Assembly: GCA_965223265.1 (NCBI GenBank) | Contig: OZ244999.1 | Coordinates: 8,832,001-8,896,000, forward strand | From: Planctomycetota bacterium | GTDB taxonomy: Bacteria; Planctomycetota; UBA8108; SXIK01 | DNA: 64,000 nt | Reading direction: 5' to 3' | Shown: in pieces, positions 50,422 through 61,330 of the stretch | Layout of the letters: each line of letters opens with the position of its first letter | Position numbering within the stretch: position 1 is the stretch's first letter | Notes under the pieces: generated by a model | What the model was told of the DNA's origin: nothing | Database searches by the model: none | What the model saw: the letters and a program-made list of their open reading frames with translations, nothing else | Made by a program: the position numbers and the translations under genes

Positions 50422-52988
50422 GTGACATTCGGGAAGCTTCTGTGGCCAGCAGCTGTGACGGAATCTTCGGTGCATACGCGCCCGCCGATTCGTTTTACGA
50501 CGAAGTCTTCGAGCGCCCAGGGGTTGTCCGGCCTGCGTGGAAGACTCTCGTTTCAACTCTCAATGCGATCGGGCGTTCCGAGTTGAAGCGCCGTTGGTCC
50601 CAAGCTCAAGAGGAGCTCGGTTCGAGCGGCATCGCGTACGATCTCTACGACGACACCGTCGGCCTTGAGCGACCCTGGCGGCTCGACCTCTTGCCGCAGC
50701 TCATTGGCGCGGACGAATGGAATCGTATTGCCTCCGGGTTGAGGCAGCGCGCCCGGCTCCTCAACCGCGTTCTCGAGGATGTCTATGGACCGCAACATCT
50801 GCTGTCGAGCGGCTTGCTGCCACCGGACTATCTCTTTTCGCACCCTGGGTTCCGCCGTGCCTTTCATGGCCAACAACCTCGCAGCGGTACGTTTTTGCAC
50901 TTCTACGCCGCCGACTTGGCTCGAGCCCCAGACGGCGGCTGGTGGATCGTCGGCGACCGAGCCGACGCACCGCTGGGCATCGGGTACGCCCTCGAAAATC
51001 GTATCGTCGCGGCGCGGTCGCTGCCTCACGCCATTCGCGACTTGAGCGTTGAACGACTCGCTCCCTTCTTCATGACGGTGCAGGAAACTCTTCGTGGGTT
51101 GGCGCCCACACACCGCGAAAACCCACGTATCGTTCTCCTCAGCCATGGTCCTCGTGGACCGAACTACTTCGAGGACGCGTATCTGGCGCGGTACCTGGGA
51201 TACACGCTCGTGGAGGGCGGCGACCTCGCCGTGCGCGACGACCGCGTCTTCCTGAAGACTCTCGCCGGACTACTGCCGGTGGATGTTATTCTGCGTCGGC
51301 TGAGTGACGAGTACTGCGACCCTCTGGAGTTGCGGGCTGATCCCACACTCGGGGTTCCCGGCCTGCTGCAGGTGGCGCGGCTCGGACACGTCGCGGTCGT
51401 CAACGCGTTCGGCAGCGCGTTCGTCGAATCGCCCTCGTTGATGCCCTTCTTGCCGGCGATCGCCCGCGAGTGGCTCGGAGAGGAGCTGGAGCTCCCGTCG
51501 GTCGCGACCTGGTGGTGTGGGCAGGAGCAGGCCCGATCTCGAGTCGAGAGCCAGATCCAGGAGGATGGTCTCAGAAGCCTCGCCTTGCGGTCTGCGTTTC
51601 GGGTTGGACGCATGGAAGCTACCCAACTGGAGTATCAGAGCGTCGCTGACGCGCTCAAGCTTCTCGCGACGCGTCCTCGTGATTTGATCGCTCAGGAATC
51701 CGTGCAGCGATCGACCTCGCCGGTTCTTTGGGAGAGTACCCCGACTCGTTGGCATGTCGCGATCCGAGTCTATCTCGTCGCTAGCCCAGGAGGGTACGAG
51801 GCGATGCCGGGCGCCTTGGTCCGGTTGGCGCAGGAGCCAGCGCGATTGGATCGCTCCATTCTCGGTGGTGAGTTGACTCAGGACGCTTGGGTTTGTTCGT
51901 CCGGCCCGATTGAGCATGTCAGCTTATTGGCGACCTCGAAGCAGCCTGTTGTTCTGCGGCGCAGTGGTGCAGAACTCCCCAGCCGAGTCGCGGACAACCT
52001 GTTCTGGTTCGGCCGGCAGATCGAGCGTGGACAAGGTGTGTGTCGGTTGCTTCGGCAAACGGCCGCATGGATGACGAGCGAAGATGAAGTGCAGAGCGGG
52101 CCGGAGCTTCAGTTTCTCATCCGCGCTCTTGTAGTTCAGGGGCAGCTCGAACAAGACTTCGCCGTAAGGGACGAGAATGACCTGCGCCAGCTCGCGAGCA
52201 TGCTTCCTTCCCGGGTTCTGGACGAAGCACAGCCGGGGAGCTTGCGGTCGCTTGTGGCTGGAGCTCATCGCAACGCCTCGCTGGTTCGCGACCGCCTTTC
52301 GCTGGATAGCTGGCGCATTGTTCACGAACTCGAGCGAAAGTCGTCGAGCGCCGTGGCCGGTGGCGTCGAAGTTTCGCTCGGCCTGGTCGAGTTGGATCTT
52401 CTGCTCGACGATCTCATCGTGCTCATGGCAGCATTCGATGGCTTGATCGGCGAGAGCATGACACGTAGCCCAGCCTGGCGGTTTCTAGACTTGGGACGGC
52501 GGCTCGAGCGATCCTTACACGTCGTTTCCCTGGTGCAGTCACTCTCCGCTGAAGGCTCGACAGATAGAGGCCGCGTTCTAGAAGCCTTGCTGGAAGTCGC
52601 TGACAGCATCATGACGTACCGCAGCCGGTATCTCTCTGGGTTCGCTCTGGCTGCGGCACTGGACTTGCTGCTCACCGATGAAACGAATCCTCGCGCGCTG
52701 ATTTACCAGCTGACAGCGATTGTGGATCATATCGCGAACCTGCCTCGCACCGAGTCGGAGCCGTTGGGGACAGCAGACGAGCGAATTGCCGGTTCTCTTC
52801 TTCACAATGTGAAAATGCTCAACGTCGAAGATTTGACCGTGGCGGACGGCGATCGGACCAAGCTCGAGCGTTTGCTACACCAGGTCGCCGGCTCGCTTCC
52901 GAAGCTCTCCGATCTTGTCAGTCATCGATATCTGGTCCACGCTGGCCGCCCCCAGCAAATGTCCGAGGCGGAGCGAACCCTTCAATGA
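50418..52988 (+). CDS. Circularly permuted type 2 ATP-grasp protein fused to an alpha-E (DUF403) domain
   Basis: QRARLLN, YAADLAR, GYALENR, DPLELR, PSRVADNLFWFGR..ER, FLDLGRRLER, DETNPR. Confidence 0.92.
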   Translation: MSDIREASVASSCDGIFGAYAPADSFYDEVFERPGVVRPAWKTLVSTLNAIGRSELKRRWSQAQEELGSSGIAYDLYDDTVGLERPWRLDLLPQLIGADEWNRIASGLRQRARLLNRVLEDVYGPQHLLSSGLLPPDYLFSHPGFRRAFHGQQPRSGTFLHFYAADLARAPDGGWWIVGDRADAPLGIGYALENRIVAARSLPHAIRDLSVERLAPFFMTVQETLRGLAPTHRENPRIVLLSHGPRGPNYFEDAYLARYLGYTLVEGGDLAVRDDRVFLKTLAGLLPVDVILRRLSDEYCDPLELRADPTLGVPGLLQVARLGHVAVVNAFGSAFVESPSLMPFLPAIAREWLGEELELPSVATWWCGQEQARSRVESQIQEDGLRSLALRSAFRVGRMEATQLEYQSVADALKLLATRPRDLIAQESVQRSTSPVLWESTPTRWHVAIRVYLVASPGGYEAMPGALVRLAQEPARLDRSILGGELTQDAWVCSSGPIEHVSLLATSKQPVVLRRSGAELPSRVADNLFWFGRQIERGQGVCRLLRQTAAWMTSEDEVQSGPELQFLIRALVVQGQLEQDFAVRDENDLRQLASMLPSRVLDEAQPGSLRSLVAGAHRNASLVRDRLSLDSWRIVHELERKSSSAVAGGVEVSLGLVELDLLLDDLIVLMAAFDGLIGESMTRSPAWRFLDLGRRLERSLHVVSLVQSLSAEGSTDRGRVLEALLEVADSIMTYRSRYLSGFALAAALDLLLTDETNPRALIYQLTAIVDHIANLPRTESEPLGTADERIAGSLLHNVKMLNVEDLTVADGDRTKLERLLHQVAGSLPKLSDLVSHRYLVHAGRPQQMSEAERTLQ

Positions 52989-53863
52989 AGTGGAAGATTT
53001 CTCATGTAACGAAGTATGAATACGCCGAACTGGTGCCGTTCTGTCAAAACATCGTCTATCTGACGCCTCGCAAGACGGCGCATCAGCGCTGTTTCCGCCA
53101 CCGCTTGAGCGTCCGGCCGCATCCATCGACGTACCACCGTCGCACGGACTACTTCGGCAACACCGCGGCGATTCTCTCGATCGACCGACAGCACCGCCTT
53201 CTTAAGATCAATGCGACGAGCACCGTCGAGGTTGTGCCCAACGACCTACCTGAGCAGGCTAAGAGTGTCACTTGGGAGTCTGTTCGCGATGGCCTCCCGC
53301 TCGATCGGACTGCCACCGGGCTGAACAACTACCAGTTTGCCTTTCGCTCGCCGCACGTCCCTCTTGACGAACCGATCGCCGACTACACCCGAACCAGCTT
53401 TGCATCCGGTCGCCCGCTGATCGAAGCACTGGCTGACCTCAACAATAGGATCCACACCGATTTCAAATATGATCCGAAGGCGACGAGCGTCAGCACGCCG
53501 ATTTCGGCAGTTTTTGAGATGCGCCGTGGAGTCTGTCAGGACCTGGCCCATCTGCTGCTGAGCGGTCTGCGCTCGCTCGGCCTCGCGGCGCGTTACGTTA
53601 GCGGCTACCTTCGTACGCGGGCGGCCGAGGGTCAAGAGCGGCTTGTCGGTGCCGATGCCTCGCACGCCTGGGTGTCGGTCTACTGCGGCGAGCACGGCTG
53701 GGTCGACATCGACCCCACCAACAATGTATTTGCGTCAACCGATCACATCACGGTTGCATGGGGCCGCGACTACAGCGACGTGTGCCCGGTGGCAGGTATG
53801 TACATCGGCGGCGGTGCACACGCCCTCAATGTGGCCGTGGATGTGTCACCCGCAGAACGCTAA
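52985..53863 (+). CDS. Transglutaminase family protein (Bact_transglu_N plus catalytic core)
   Basis: H.TKY.Y, DYFGN, GVCQDLAH, ARYVSGYL, GADASHAW, DPTN, GRDYSDV. Confidence 0.94.
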   Translation: MKWKISHVTKYEYAELVPFCQNIVYLTPRKTAHQRCFRHRLSVRPHPSTYHRRTDYFGNTAAILSIDRQHRLLKINATSTVEVVPNDLPEQAKSVTWESVRDGLPLDRTATGLNNYQFAFRSPHVPLDEPIADYTRTSFASGRPLIEALADLNNRIHTDFKYDPKATSVSTPISAVFEMRRGVCQDLAHLLLSGLRSLGLAARYVSGYLRTRAAEGQERLVGADASHAWVSVYCGEHGWVDIDPTNNVFASTDHITVAWGRDYSDVCPVAGMYIGGGAHALNVAVDVSPAER

Positions 53864-54130
53864 GGTAATTGTTCGACTCAGACCGACGAAGAGAACGCCG
53901 GAGCCATGTTTGAGATGCGTCGACAGCGCCTGTCTGCGTTGAAATGCGGCGGAGCCGTCGCGTCTCGAAATGCCGCTACGGATGCACTTTTTGCCGTCCT
54001 TGTCGGCTACTTTTGCCGGTGTCGGGTAATTCAAGTGCGAAGGCAAGCACCGATCGTGTTCGTGTACGTCAAGACATGACCCACTTGGGCCGAGGTAATA
54101 GTTGGGGCTCATAGTGGCCTGGCAACGATC

Positions 54131-55663
54131 ATGGACAGACACATGGCGCAGAACCAGTCTCAGTCGAGCATTTCCTCAAAGAACCTAAACTTTTGCGACT
54201 ATGACACCGCCGGCTTTTACGACGAGTTGATCGACGGAGGCGGCAAGCCACGTCCGGGCGCGGAGCGGCTCGTGAAGCGAATCGAGGAGCTTCCGGACGG
54301 CGAGCTCCTGGAACGCCAAAAGATGGCCGAAAGGTCGCTTTTGCGCATGGGCATCACATTCAACGTGTACGGCGACGATCAAGGCGTCGAGAAAATCTTC
54401 CCGTTCGACCTTGTGCCGAGAATCGTCGCCGCCGCTGAATGGGAGCAACTCGAGCGTGGGTTGACGCAGCGCATCCATGCGCTGAATCTGTTCATCGACG
54501 ACTGCTACCACGATCAAAAGATCGTCAAAGACAAAGTAATCCCCGAGGCGATCTTGAAGGGCGCCGCGAGCTTTCGACGTCAGTGCGTTGGAATCAATCC
54601 CCCGCGGAAAATCTGGTGCCACATCACCGGTACTGATCTTGTCCGTGACAAGAGCGGTACCGTTCACGTACTCGAAGACAATCTCCGCTGTCCGTCCGGG
54701 GTGTCCTACGTGCTCCAGAATCGCTACGTGATGAAGCGTAGCTTTCCGCGGCTTTTCGACGCTTCCCAAGTGCGTCCTGTGGTCGATTATCCCAGCCGTC
54801 TGTTCAGCGTTCTCGAGCACCTAGCGCCCGACGGCGTCCACTCCCCGACGATCGCGGTATTGACGCCCGGTGTGTTTAACTCGGCCTACTACGAGCACTC
54901 CTTCCTGGCCCAGCAGATGGGCGTCGAGCTGGTCGAGGGGAGAGACTTGATCGTTCGCGATGGCTTTCTCCACATGCGAACCACGAAAGGATTTCAGCGT
55001 GTTGACGTCCTCTATCGCCGAGTCGATGACGACTTTCTTGACCCCAAAGCATTTCGCCCGGACTCCCTTCTGGGTGTCCCCGGTTTGCTCGAGGTCTATC
55101 GCAACGGTCGGGTCGCACTGGCGAACGCACCGGGCACGGGTGTGGCCGATGACAAAGTGATTTACGCTTACGTCGAAAAGATCATCCGGTATTACTTGAA
55201 CGAAGACGCCATCATCCCCAACGTCCCGACCTATGTTTGTTACGACAAGAAAGAACGCGACTATGTTTTGGCCAATCTCGACCAGCTGGTCGTCAAGGCT
55301 GCGAACGAGTCAGGGGGATACGGGATGTTGATCGGTCCGCATGCCAGCGAAGAAGAACGTCGCAAGTTCGCCGCCTTGATCGAAGAGACTCCACGTAACT
55401 ACATCGCTCAGCCGACCCTCTCCTTGTCCCGCGTTCCGACCATCGTCGGCAACAGATTCGAAGGCCGGCACGTCGACCTGCGGCCGTACATTCTTTACGG
55501 TGAGGAAATCTTCGTGCTGCCGGGCGGATTGACGCGCGTAGCCCTGAAACAAGGCTCACTCGTAGTGAATTCTTCGCAGGGCGGTGGGAGCAAGGATACC
55601 TGGGTCATCGCGTCGAGCGATGAACAGGTCGCCCTAGATGACGGCTCCACCGAGAGCTATTAG
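54131..55663 (+). CDS. Circularly permuted type 2 ATP-grasp protein (DUF404/407)
   Basis: [65 protein letters not shown]. Confidence 0.95.
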   Translation: MDRHMAQNQSQSSISSKNLNFCDYDTAGFYDELIDGGGKPRPGAERLVKRIEELPDGELLERQKMAERSLLRMGITFNVYGDDQGVEKIFPFDLVPRIVAAAEWEQLERGLTQRIHALNLFIDDCYHDQKIVKDKVIPEAILKGAASFRRQCVGINPPRKIWCHITGTDLVRDKSGTVHVLEDNLRCPSGVSYVLQNRYVMKRSFPRLFDASQVRPVVDYPSRLFSVLEHLAPDGVHSPTIAVLTPGVFNSAYYEHSFLAQQMGVELVEGRDLIVRDGFLHMRTTKGFQRVDVLYRRVDDDFLDPKAFRPDSLLGVPGLLEVYRNGRVALANAPGTGVADDKVIYAYVEKIIRYYLNEDAIIPNVPTYVCYDKKERDYVLANLDQLVVKAANESGGYGMLIGPHASEEERRKFAALIEETPRNYIAQPTLSLSRVPTIVGNRFEGRHVDLRPYILYGEEIFVLPGGLTRVALKQGSLVVNSSQGGGSKDTWVIASSDEQVALDDGSTESY

Positions 55664-55716
55664 CTGATGTTTGTCCGGAATATTCGAGTTCGCGAGATTG
55701 TTTGTAGTGAGATGAA

Positions 55717-56688
55717 ATGCTGAGTCGTGTTGCCGATTCGATCTACTGGATGAGCCGTTATATCGAGCGAGCCGAGAACGTTGCACGTTTCGTCGACGTC
55801 ACTCACAACGTAACGCTTGACATGCCACCCGGGTCTTCCCAGCAGTGGGGGGCGCTCGTCGACGCGTCTGGTGATCGTGAGCTCTTCGCCAAGAAATACG
55901 GCGAAGCCACGAGAGAAAACGTCATTCAATTCTTGACGTTCGATCGAGAGTATCCCAACTCGATCTCTTCGTGCGTCGCCACGGCGCGGGATAACGCTAG
56001 TGGAATTCGCGACGTGATCAGCTCTGAGATGTGGGAACACATCAATCAGTTCTACATCGCCATCGAGGAAGCAGCTCAGGCCCCGCCAAAGTCATTGGAC
56101 CAGTTCTTTCAGTTCGTCAAGCAGTCGAGCCATCTTTTCTTTGGCATCATGATCGCGACGTTCTCTCAAGGCGAAGCTTGGCATTTCGCGCGGCTGGGGA
56201 GCGGCCTCGAGCGCGCCGATATGACATCGCGTCTTCTCGACGTGAAGTACTTCATCTTGCTGCCGAGCCTGAGAGCAGTGGGAACCCCGATGGACGACCT
56301 CCAATGGTCAGCTGTCTTGCACAGCGTCAGCGGCTTTGAGATGTTCCGCAAGCGCCACCACCGAATCACGCCTGAACGTGTCGTCGGTTTTCTCGTGCTT
56401 GACCGACTCTTTCCGCGCTCGATCATGCACTGCCTCGAGCTCGCCAATCGGTCGCTCCACGCGATCTCTGGTTCGCCTGAAAGTACGTTTTGGAACGTTG
56501 CCGAAAAGCGTTTGGGACAGCTCCGCGGCGAGTTGGCCTACCTGACGGTCGACGAGATCATCGGCGCGGGGTTGCACGAGTTCCTCGATGGCCTGCAGAC
56601 AAAGCTGAACGACGTCGGCGCGGGAATCTACCAGACATTCATCGCACTTCGGCCTGAGGACGTTTCTCGCGACAAGGCTCGGGCGTAA
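55717..56688 (+). CDS. Alpha-E (DUF403) domain protein
   Basis: MLSRVADSIYWMSRYIERAEN, ARDNA, ERADMTSRLLDVKY, FPRS. Confidence 0.95.
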   Translation: MLSRVADSIYWMSRYIERAENVARFVDVTHNVTLDMPPGSSQQWGALVDASGDRELFAKKYGEATRENVIQFLTFDREYPNSISSCVATARDNASGIRDVISSEMWEHINQFYIAIEEAAQAPPKSLDQFFQFVKQSSHLFFGIMIATFSQGEAWHFARLGSGLERADMTSRLLDVKYFILLPSLRAVGTPMDDLQWSAVLHSVSGFEMFRKRHHRITPERVVGFLVLDRLFPRSIMHCLELANRSLHAISGSPESTFWNVAEKRLGQLRGELAYLTVDEIIGAGLHEFLDGLQTKLNDVGAGIYQTFIALRPEDVSRDKARA

Positions 56689-56812
56689 CGGCGCTGGGGG
56701 GCGGGCCCGACTTCGTGCGATCGAGCCACGTTTCGTCGACGGGATCGTGCCTGCGGCGTCGAAAGGCGTGCCGACGTGGGTCTTCTCGCGGCGCAGAATC
56801 TCGCCAGCGGTG

Positions 56813-56821
56813 TGCTACAAT
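56813..56821 (+). promoter_or_regulatory. Putative extended -10 promoter (TGcTACAAT)
   Basis: Intergenic, upstream of the sulfatase. Confidence 0.45.
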
Positions 56822-57041
56822 CTGTGAAGACTTACGTGCGAACTCACCATAAGCCTGACCACGTCTGACGGCCGTTCAGACGATCAAGCGAATCACGTCA
56901 CGTATGGCTTCGATACCGTCTGAGCGCCGATAGCGGAGTGATGGCAACGCGCACCGAGCTCGCCTACCGCTGCGAGAAGGATGACGAAGACGCGTTCGGA
57001 TCGGCGATAGCACGCCCCCGCAGGAAGGAAGGAAGGAAGCG

Positions 57042-58541
57042 ATGAACAGAGTTGTTTTCTGGTCGGTCTTTTCGATTCTGACGCTCGGCCTCGTGGGAGA
57101 GATCCGAGCCGGCAATCCGGCGAGCAAGTCCTCGAAACTCCACGTCCTCTTCATCGCGGTCGACGATCTCGGCAGCTGGGCGAGCTGTCTGGGCGGCCAC
57201 CCTCAGGCGCGCACGCCGAACATCGATCGTCTGGCTGGGCGCGGCGTCCTCTTCACCCGTGCTTACTGCGCGGCACCGGCGTGCAACCCTTCCCGCGTCA
57301 GCCTGCTGACGGGGCGGCGGCCGTCCACGACGGGCGTGTATCACAACAGCCAACCGTTCAGAGCCGCCACGCCGCTCGCAGTGACGTTGCCGGAGTGCTT
57401 CCGGGCGAACGGGTACCGCGCCGTCGGCATGGGGAAGATCTACCACGGCAGGTTTCCCGATCCACAATCGTGGGACGAGTACACGAAGCGCCCCGCGGAT
57501 CCCGTGCCCCCCGATCGACCCGTCAACGGCATTGAGGATGCGCGGCATTTCGATTGGGGACCGCTGGATGTTGACGACGCCGCGATGAGCGACGCACGCA
57601 TCGTCGACGGTGCCATCCGTTTCCTCGAGGCGGAGCATGAGCAGCCGTTCTTTTTAGCCGTCGGGCTTTACCGACCGCACTTGCCGTGGTACGTGCCGCG
57701 GCACTACTTCGATGCGCACCCCGTCGACTCGGTCGCCTTACCTGCCACCAAAGCGGACGATCTCGAAGACGTTCCCGGCGCCGGACAACTCCTCGCGCGT
57801 CGTCGTGATCACATCCGAGTAACGAGCACCAAGAACTGGGAGAAGGCCGTCGCCGGTTATCTAGCGAGCATCGCTTTCGCCGACGCGCAAGTCGGACGAC
57901 TTCTCGACGCCCTGCAAGCCTCGGCGTTTGCCGACAACACAATCGTCGTCTTGTGGGGCGATCACGGCTGGCACCTCGGACAAAAGGAGCACTGGCGGAA
58001 GTTCGCGCTTTGGGAGGAAGCGACGCGTGTGCCGCTGATCGTTCTCGCGCCGGGCGTGACGGAACCCGAGGGTCGCTGCAAGCGTACGGTCAGTCTTCTC
58101 GATCTCTATCCGACGCTGGCGGAGCTTTGCGGTTTAGAGGTCAACGAGCACCTCGAGGGACGGAGCCTCGTGCCGCTTCTGCGCGATCCCTCCGCGGAAT
58201 GGAACCGGCCGGTGTTGACGACGCATGGCCGCGGTCATCACGCCGTGCGAAGTGAGCGCTGGCGTTACATCCGTTACGCGGATCTGTCCGAAGAGCTCTA
58301 CGACCACGAGAGCGACCCACACGAGTGGCACAATGTAGCAGGCGACGCACGCTACGTCGATGTGAAGACGGCGCTGCGCGCCTATCTGCCGAAACGCGAC
58401 GCGGTCGACGTCCCGGTGGTGAACAGGGAGCAACTCCGTCGCGCCCGGCTCACCAAGGAGGAGCTTCGCCAGGAACGGCTCGAGCGGGAGCGGGAGCAAG
58501 AGCGCCGGCTCCGCGAGCGGAAAAAGAAATCGTCCAAGTGA
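57042..58541 (+). CDS. Sulfatase (iduronate-2-sulfatase / choline-sulfatase-like)
   Basis: VLFIAVDDL, TPNIDRLA, CNPSR.SLLTG formylglycine motif, GKIYH, RPHLPW, DHGWHLG.K, ELYD...DP.E..N. Confidence 0.95.
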   Translation: MNRVVFWSVFSILTLGLVGEIRAGNPASKSSKLHVLFIAVDDLGSWASCLGGHPQARTPNIDRLAGRGVLFTRAYCAAPACNPSRVSLLTGRRPSTTGVYHNSQPFRAATPLAVTLPECFRANGYRAVGMGKIYHGRFPDPQSWDEYTKRPADPVPPDRPVNGIEDARHFDWGPLDVDDAAMSDARIVDGAIRFLEAEHEQPFFLAVGLYRPHLPWYVPRHYFDAHPVDSVALPATKADDLEDVPGAGQLLARRRDHIRVTSTKNWEKAVAGYLASIAFADAQVGRLLDALQASAFADNTIVVLWGDHGWHLGQKEHWRKFALWEEATRVPLIVLAPGVTEPEGRCKRTVSLLDLYPTLAELCGLEVNEHLEGRSLVPLLRDPSAEWNRPVLTTHGRGHHAVRSERWRYIRYADLSEELYDHESDPHEWHNVAGDARYVDVKTALRAYLPKRDAVDVPVVNREQLRRARLTKEELRQERLEREREQERRLRERKKKSSK

Positions 58542-58634
58542 CGGCGGAGGTGGTAGGCACACTCTGAGCCTTGCTGTGTGCCCTGCGCTCTTCTCTCGGC
58601 TACCGCACGCAGCGCTTGCCCGCTACCTGATCGC

Positions 58635-60575
58635 TCAGTCGTTCGGGTTGGCGAGAAAGTAGAGAAAGCCATCCTCAGCGCCGACCAGGAGGTCGCGCGT
58701 GCCGTCGCCGTCCCAGTCGACGGTTGTCGGGCAGGTGGTGTGACCGGCAAGAATCTGCGCGTCCACCGCACCTTCGGGACGGAAGATGAATTGACCCGGC
58801 TCGGTGGCGACGTTGCGGTAGAAGTCCACGCTCTTGGAGTTGACCAGGAGATCGAGCTTGCCGTCGCGGTTCCAATCGACAAGCGTCAACTTGCGCCGAC
58901 CGCTCTTCCCCGCCGCTCGCGCGTTCAAGCGCAGCGGCTCGCGCTTCTCGGTCAGAAAGATGCGCGCCCCCGGGAGCAACTCGAGACCGGACGCGACGCG
59001 GCGACGCTTGAAGAATGCCAGGTACCCTTCGTGGTCGAGTACGACGAGGTCGTTCAGTCCGTCCGCATCGAGATCGATGATGATCGGGCTCGTGCGCCAT
59101 TGGGTCACCAGCTGTTCACCGCGGGGTGTCCACCAGTTCCACGCTGGCTTGGGTGGAGCTCCATTCCACTCGACTTCGACGGAGCGTGCCGCCTCGAGTG
59201 TTGGCCCTCCCGAGCCTTCTCGGCCGCGGAACCATAGGATTTCGCCCCAGATCGAGTTGATCATGAGGTCGAGGACGCCATCGTGGTCCCAGTCGCCCAC
59301 GGTTGGCACGGTGTACCCCCACTTGGCTTCCGCCGGACCTTGAATCGATCCGTTGGGTCCCGCTTGAATGCGGATTACTTCGCCGCTAGCCAGTAGCTTT
59401 TGCGGCGGCTGCCATCGCGGCGGGTTGCCTCCTAGGTTTTCGACGAAATGAACGTAACCGGCCGTGTCGCCGCAGATGAGGTCTTCATCGCCGTCGCCGT
59501 CCCAGTCGCAACTCCACGGCGTCACGAGCGCACCGACCTTCAAGTCTTTGGCCTGTTGCTTGAAGAAGCGTGGTGGCAAGAAATCAGGACGAGAGTCGAC
59601 GACCTTTCCTGTGCACTCGACGAGCGCAACACGTCCGTCCTCCTGTCCAACGATCAGATCGTCGTCGCCGTCGCGGTCCCAATCGACTGCCGTCACCTGC
59701 AGCATTTGCAAATCCATGCGCAGCGGTTTGCCGTCATGCTCGAGACGGACGCCACCACGATAGGCTGGCTGGCGTCGGCTGCCGACGTTCTGAAAGAAAG
59801 TGAACTGGTCGAGAAACTCGCCGCAGATCAAATCGAGGTCGCCGTCACCATCCCAGTCGCTGAAGTTCGCCGACGGGCATCCGAAGACGTCGAGGGGCGC
59901 TCCGCCGGCTTGGATTTGACGAGCGTTTTCGTAGCGAGGATCAGCGTCGGTCTGCGTGTTCCGCATCCAGTACACGTGGCCGTGAAGAGGACCTCGCGTC
60001 CATTGGCCGTCACTGTTGAACGCGTTGTCCCAGCCATATTCACGCCAATCGCTCGTACTGACGATGAGATCTTGCACGCCGTCGCCGTCGTAGTCGACGA
60101 ATTGCCATTGGTTCGCGCGGCCGCGATGAAACGAGGGTTCAAATGGCAGGCGCGTGGCGCGCGTGTCATCAAGTCCGTGGCGAAGAAAGTCACGGTGCCA
60201 CTTACCTGGCGTGAGCACGTGAGGAGTGTCGCCAACCTGGCTGACGACAGCGTTGTGCCTGGCGTCCCCGACGCGCACGCCGCTGCGGAAGACGACACTC
60301 TTCGGATCGCCGCCGGGGTTTTCGAAGAAGTAGATCCCGTTTGAGGTCTTGTTGGCGGTCGACACCAAAAGATCGAGGTCGCCGTCACCGTCATAGTCCA
60401 TGACGAGAGGCACGGCCCAGAGACCGACCTCCAGATCGACGACTAGATCCGTGCGTTCATAGGCAATCCGAGTGAAATCGGCTCGGGCCGGATGCCATGA
60501 CAGAAGCGTCAGCGCAATTGGTAGGCAGCTCTTCACGTGGCGATAACGTCGGTGGTCTTGCATAGGTAGATTCAT
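58635..60575 (-). CDS. FG-GAP/VCBS repeat secreted protein
   Basis: Multiple D(W/Y)DGDGD.DL repeats. Start uncertain. Confidence 0.9.
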   Translation of the reverse strand: MNLPMQDHRRYRHVKSCLPIALTLLSWHPARADFTRIAYERTDLVVDLEVGLWAVPLVMDYDGDGDLDLLVSTANKTSNGIYFFENPGGDPKSVVFRSGVRVGDARHNAVVSQVGDTPHVLTPGKWHRDFLRHGLDDTRATRLPFEPSFHRGRANQWQFVDYDGDGVQDLIVSTSDWREYGWDNAFNSDGQWTRGPLHGHVYWMRNTQTDADPRYENARQIQAGGAPLDVFGCPSANFSDWDGDGDLDLICGEFLDQFTFFQNVGSRRQPAYRGGVRLEHDGKPLRMDLQMLQVTAVDWDRDGDDDLIVGQEDGRVALVECTGKVVDSRPDFLPPRFFKQQAKDLKVGALVTPWSCDWDGDGDEDLICGDTAGYVHFVENLGGNPPRWQPPQKLLASGEVIRIQAGPNGSIQGPAEAKWGYTVPTVGDWDHDGVLDLMINSIWGEILWFRGREGSGGPTLEAARSVEVEWNGAPPKPAWNWWTPRGEQLVTQWRTSPIIIDLDADGLNDLVVLDHEGYLAFFKRRRVASGLELLPGARIFLTEKREPLRLNARAAGKSGRRKLTLVDWNRDGKLDLLVNSKSVDFYRNVATEPGQFIFRPEGAVDAQILAGHTTCPTTVDWDGDGTRDLLVGAEDGFLYFLANPND

Positions 60576-60907
60576 GAGAAAGGTTCGTTTTTTGGCCGTG
60601 GCTTCGCCGGGCATTGTAACACGACGACCGGTCATGTCATGACGACGAGGCCTCGCCGCTGGTATCGTGCGCCCGCGCGATCGATCCCCGCGGCGCCGAA
60701 TCCCCCTCGTGGCTCACAACCTTTTTTGATACGCTGTACTGAGTGGCGCCCTCAGAAGAGGGGGACACAGCTGACGATCGTTTCGCTCACGTCCGGCGGA
60801 GAGGACTTCGCGGATCGATCAGACGTCGAGACGCACTCCGTCGTTCGTTCATCGAAGCGGTTGGGGATCGATCAGGAGTCGGCTGGCGAGGGGAAGAGGA
60901 GGTGTCT

Positions 60908-61327
60908 ATGATTCAGTACCCTTTGGTTCGGGAGTTCATGGATCGTCGCTTCGTCACGTTACGGGCGGAGATGCCGGTTTACCAGGCGATCCATATCTTT
61001 CTCGAAAACCGCGTCACGGGAGCGGTCGTCGTGGGCTCGCGAGAGGATGAGCTGGTCGGAGTCCTTTCTGAAAAGGACTGTCTGCAGGGATTTGTGCAGG
61101 GGGCGTATAACAACGAACCCGTCGGCACGGTCGCCGACTTCATGTCGAGCAAGATCACCTCGATCGACCCGAACTTGGACGTCATGGCGGTCGCAGGACT
61201 CTTCATGAAGCACGTCTACCGCCGCTTTCCGGTCGTCGAGGACGGCAGACTCATTGGACAGATCACGCGCCGAGATCTCCTGCGCGCCGTGCATCAGATC
61301 TTGCGTGACGATTGGAGCATTTCGTAG
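60908..61327 (+). CDS. CBS domain pair protein
   Basis: ATG follows GAGGAGG; VREFM, LVGVLSEKD, VADFMS, RRFPVV...LIGQITRRDLL. Confidence 0.9.
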   Translation: MIQYPLVREFMDRRFVTLRAEMPVYQAIHIFLENRVTGAVVVGSREDELVGVLSEKDCLQGFVQGAYNNEPVGTVADFMSSKITSIDPNLDVMAVAGLFMKHVYRRFPVVEDGRLIGQITRRDLLRAVHQILRDDWSIS

Positions 61328-61330
61328 GAG

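Noticed and set aside
53864-54130. Sigma54 promoter upstream of the second ATP-grasp gene
   Set aside because: TGGCAACGATCATGG lacks the correctly spaced GC at -12 and overlaps the start codon.
43250-56700. Possible horizontally acquired island with slightly lower GC
   Set aside because: Visual impression only; no integrase, tRNA or flanking repeats were found, and composition could not be computed.
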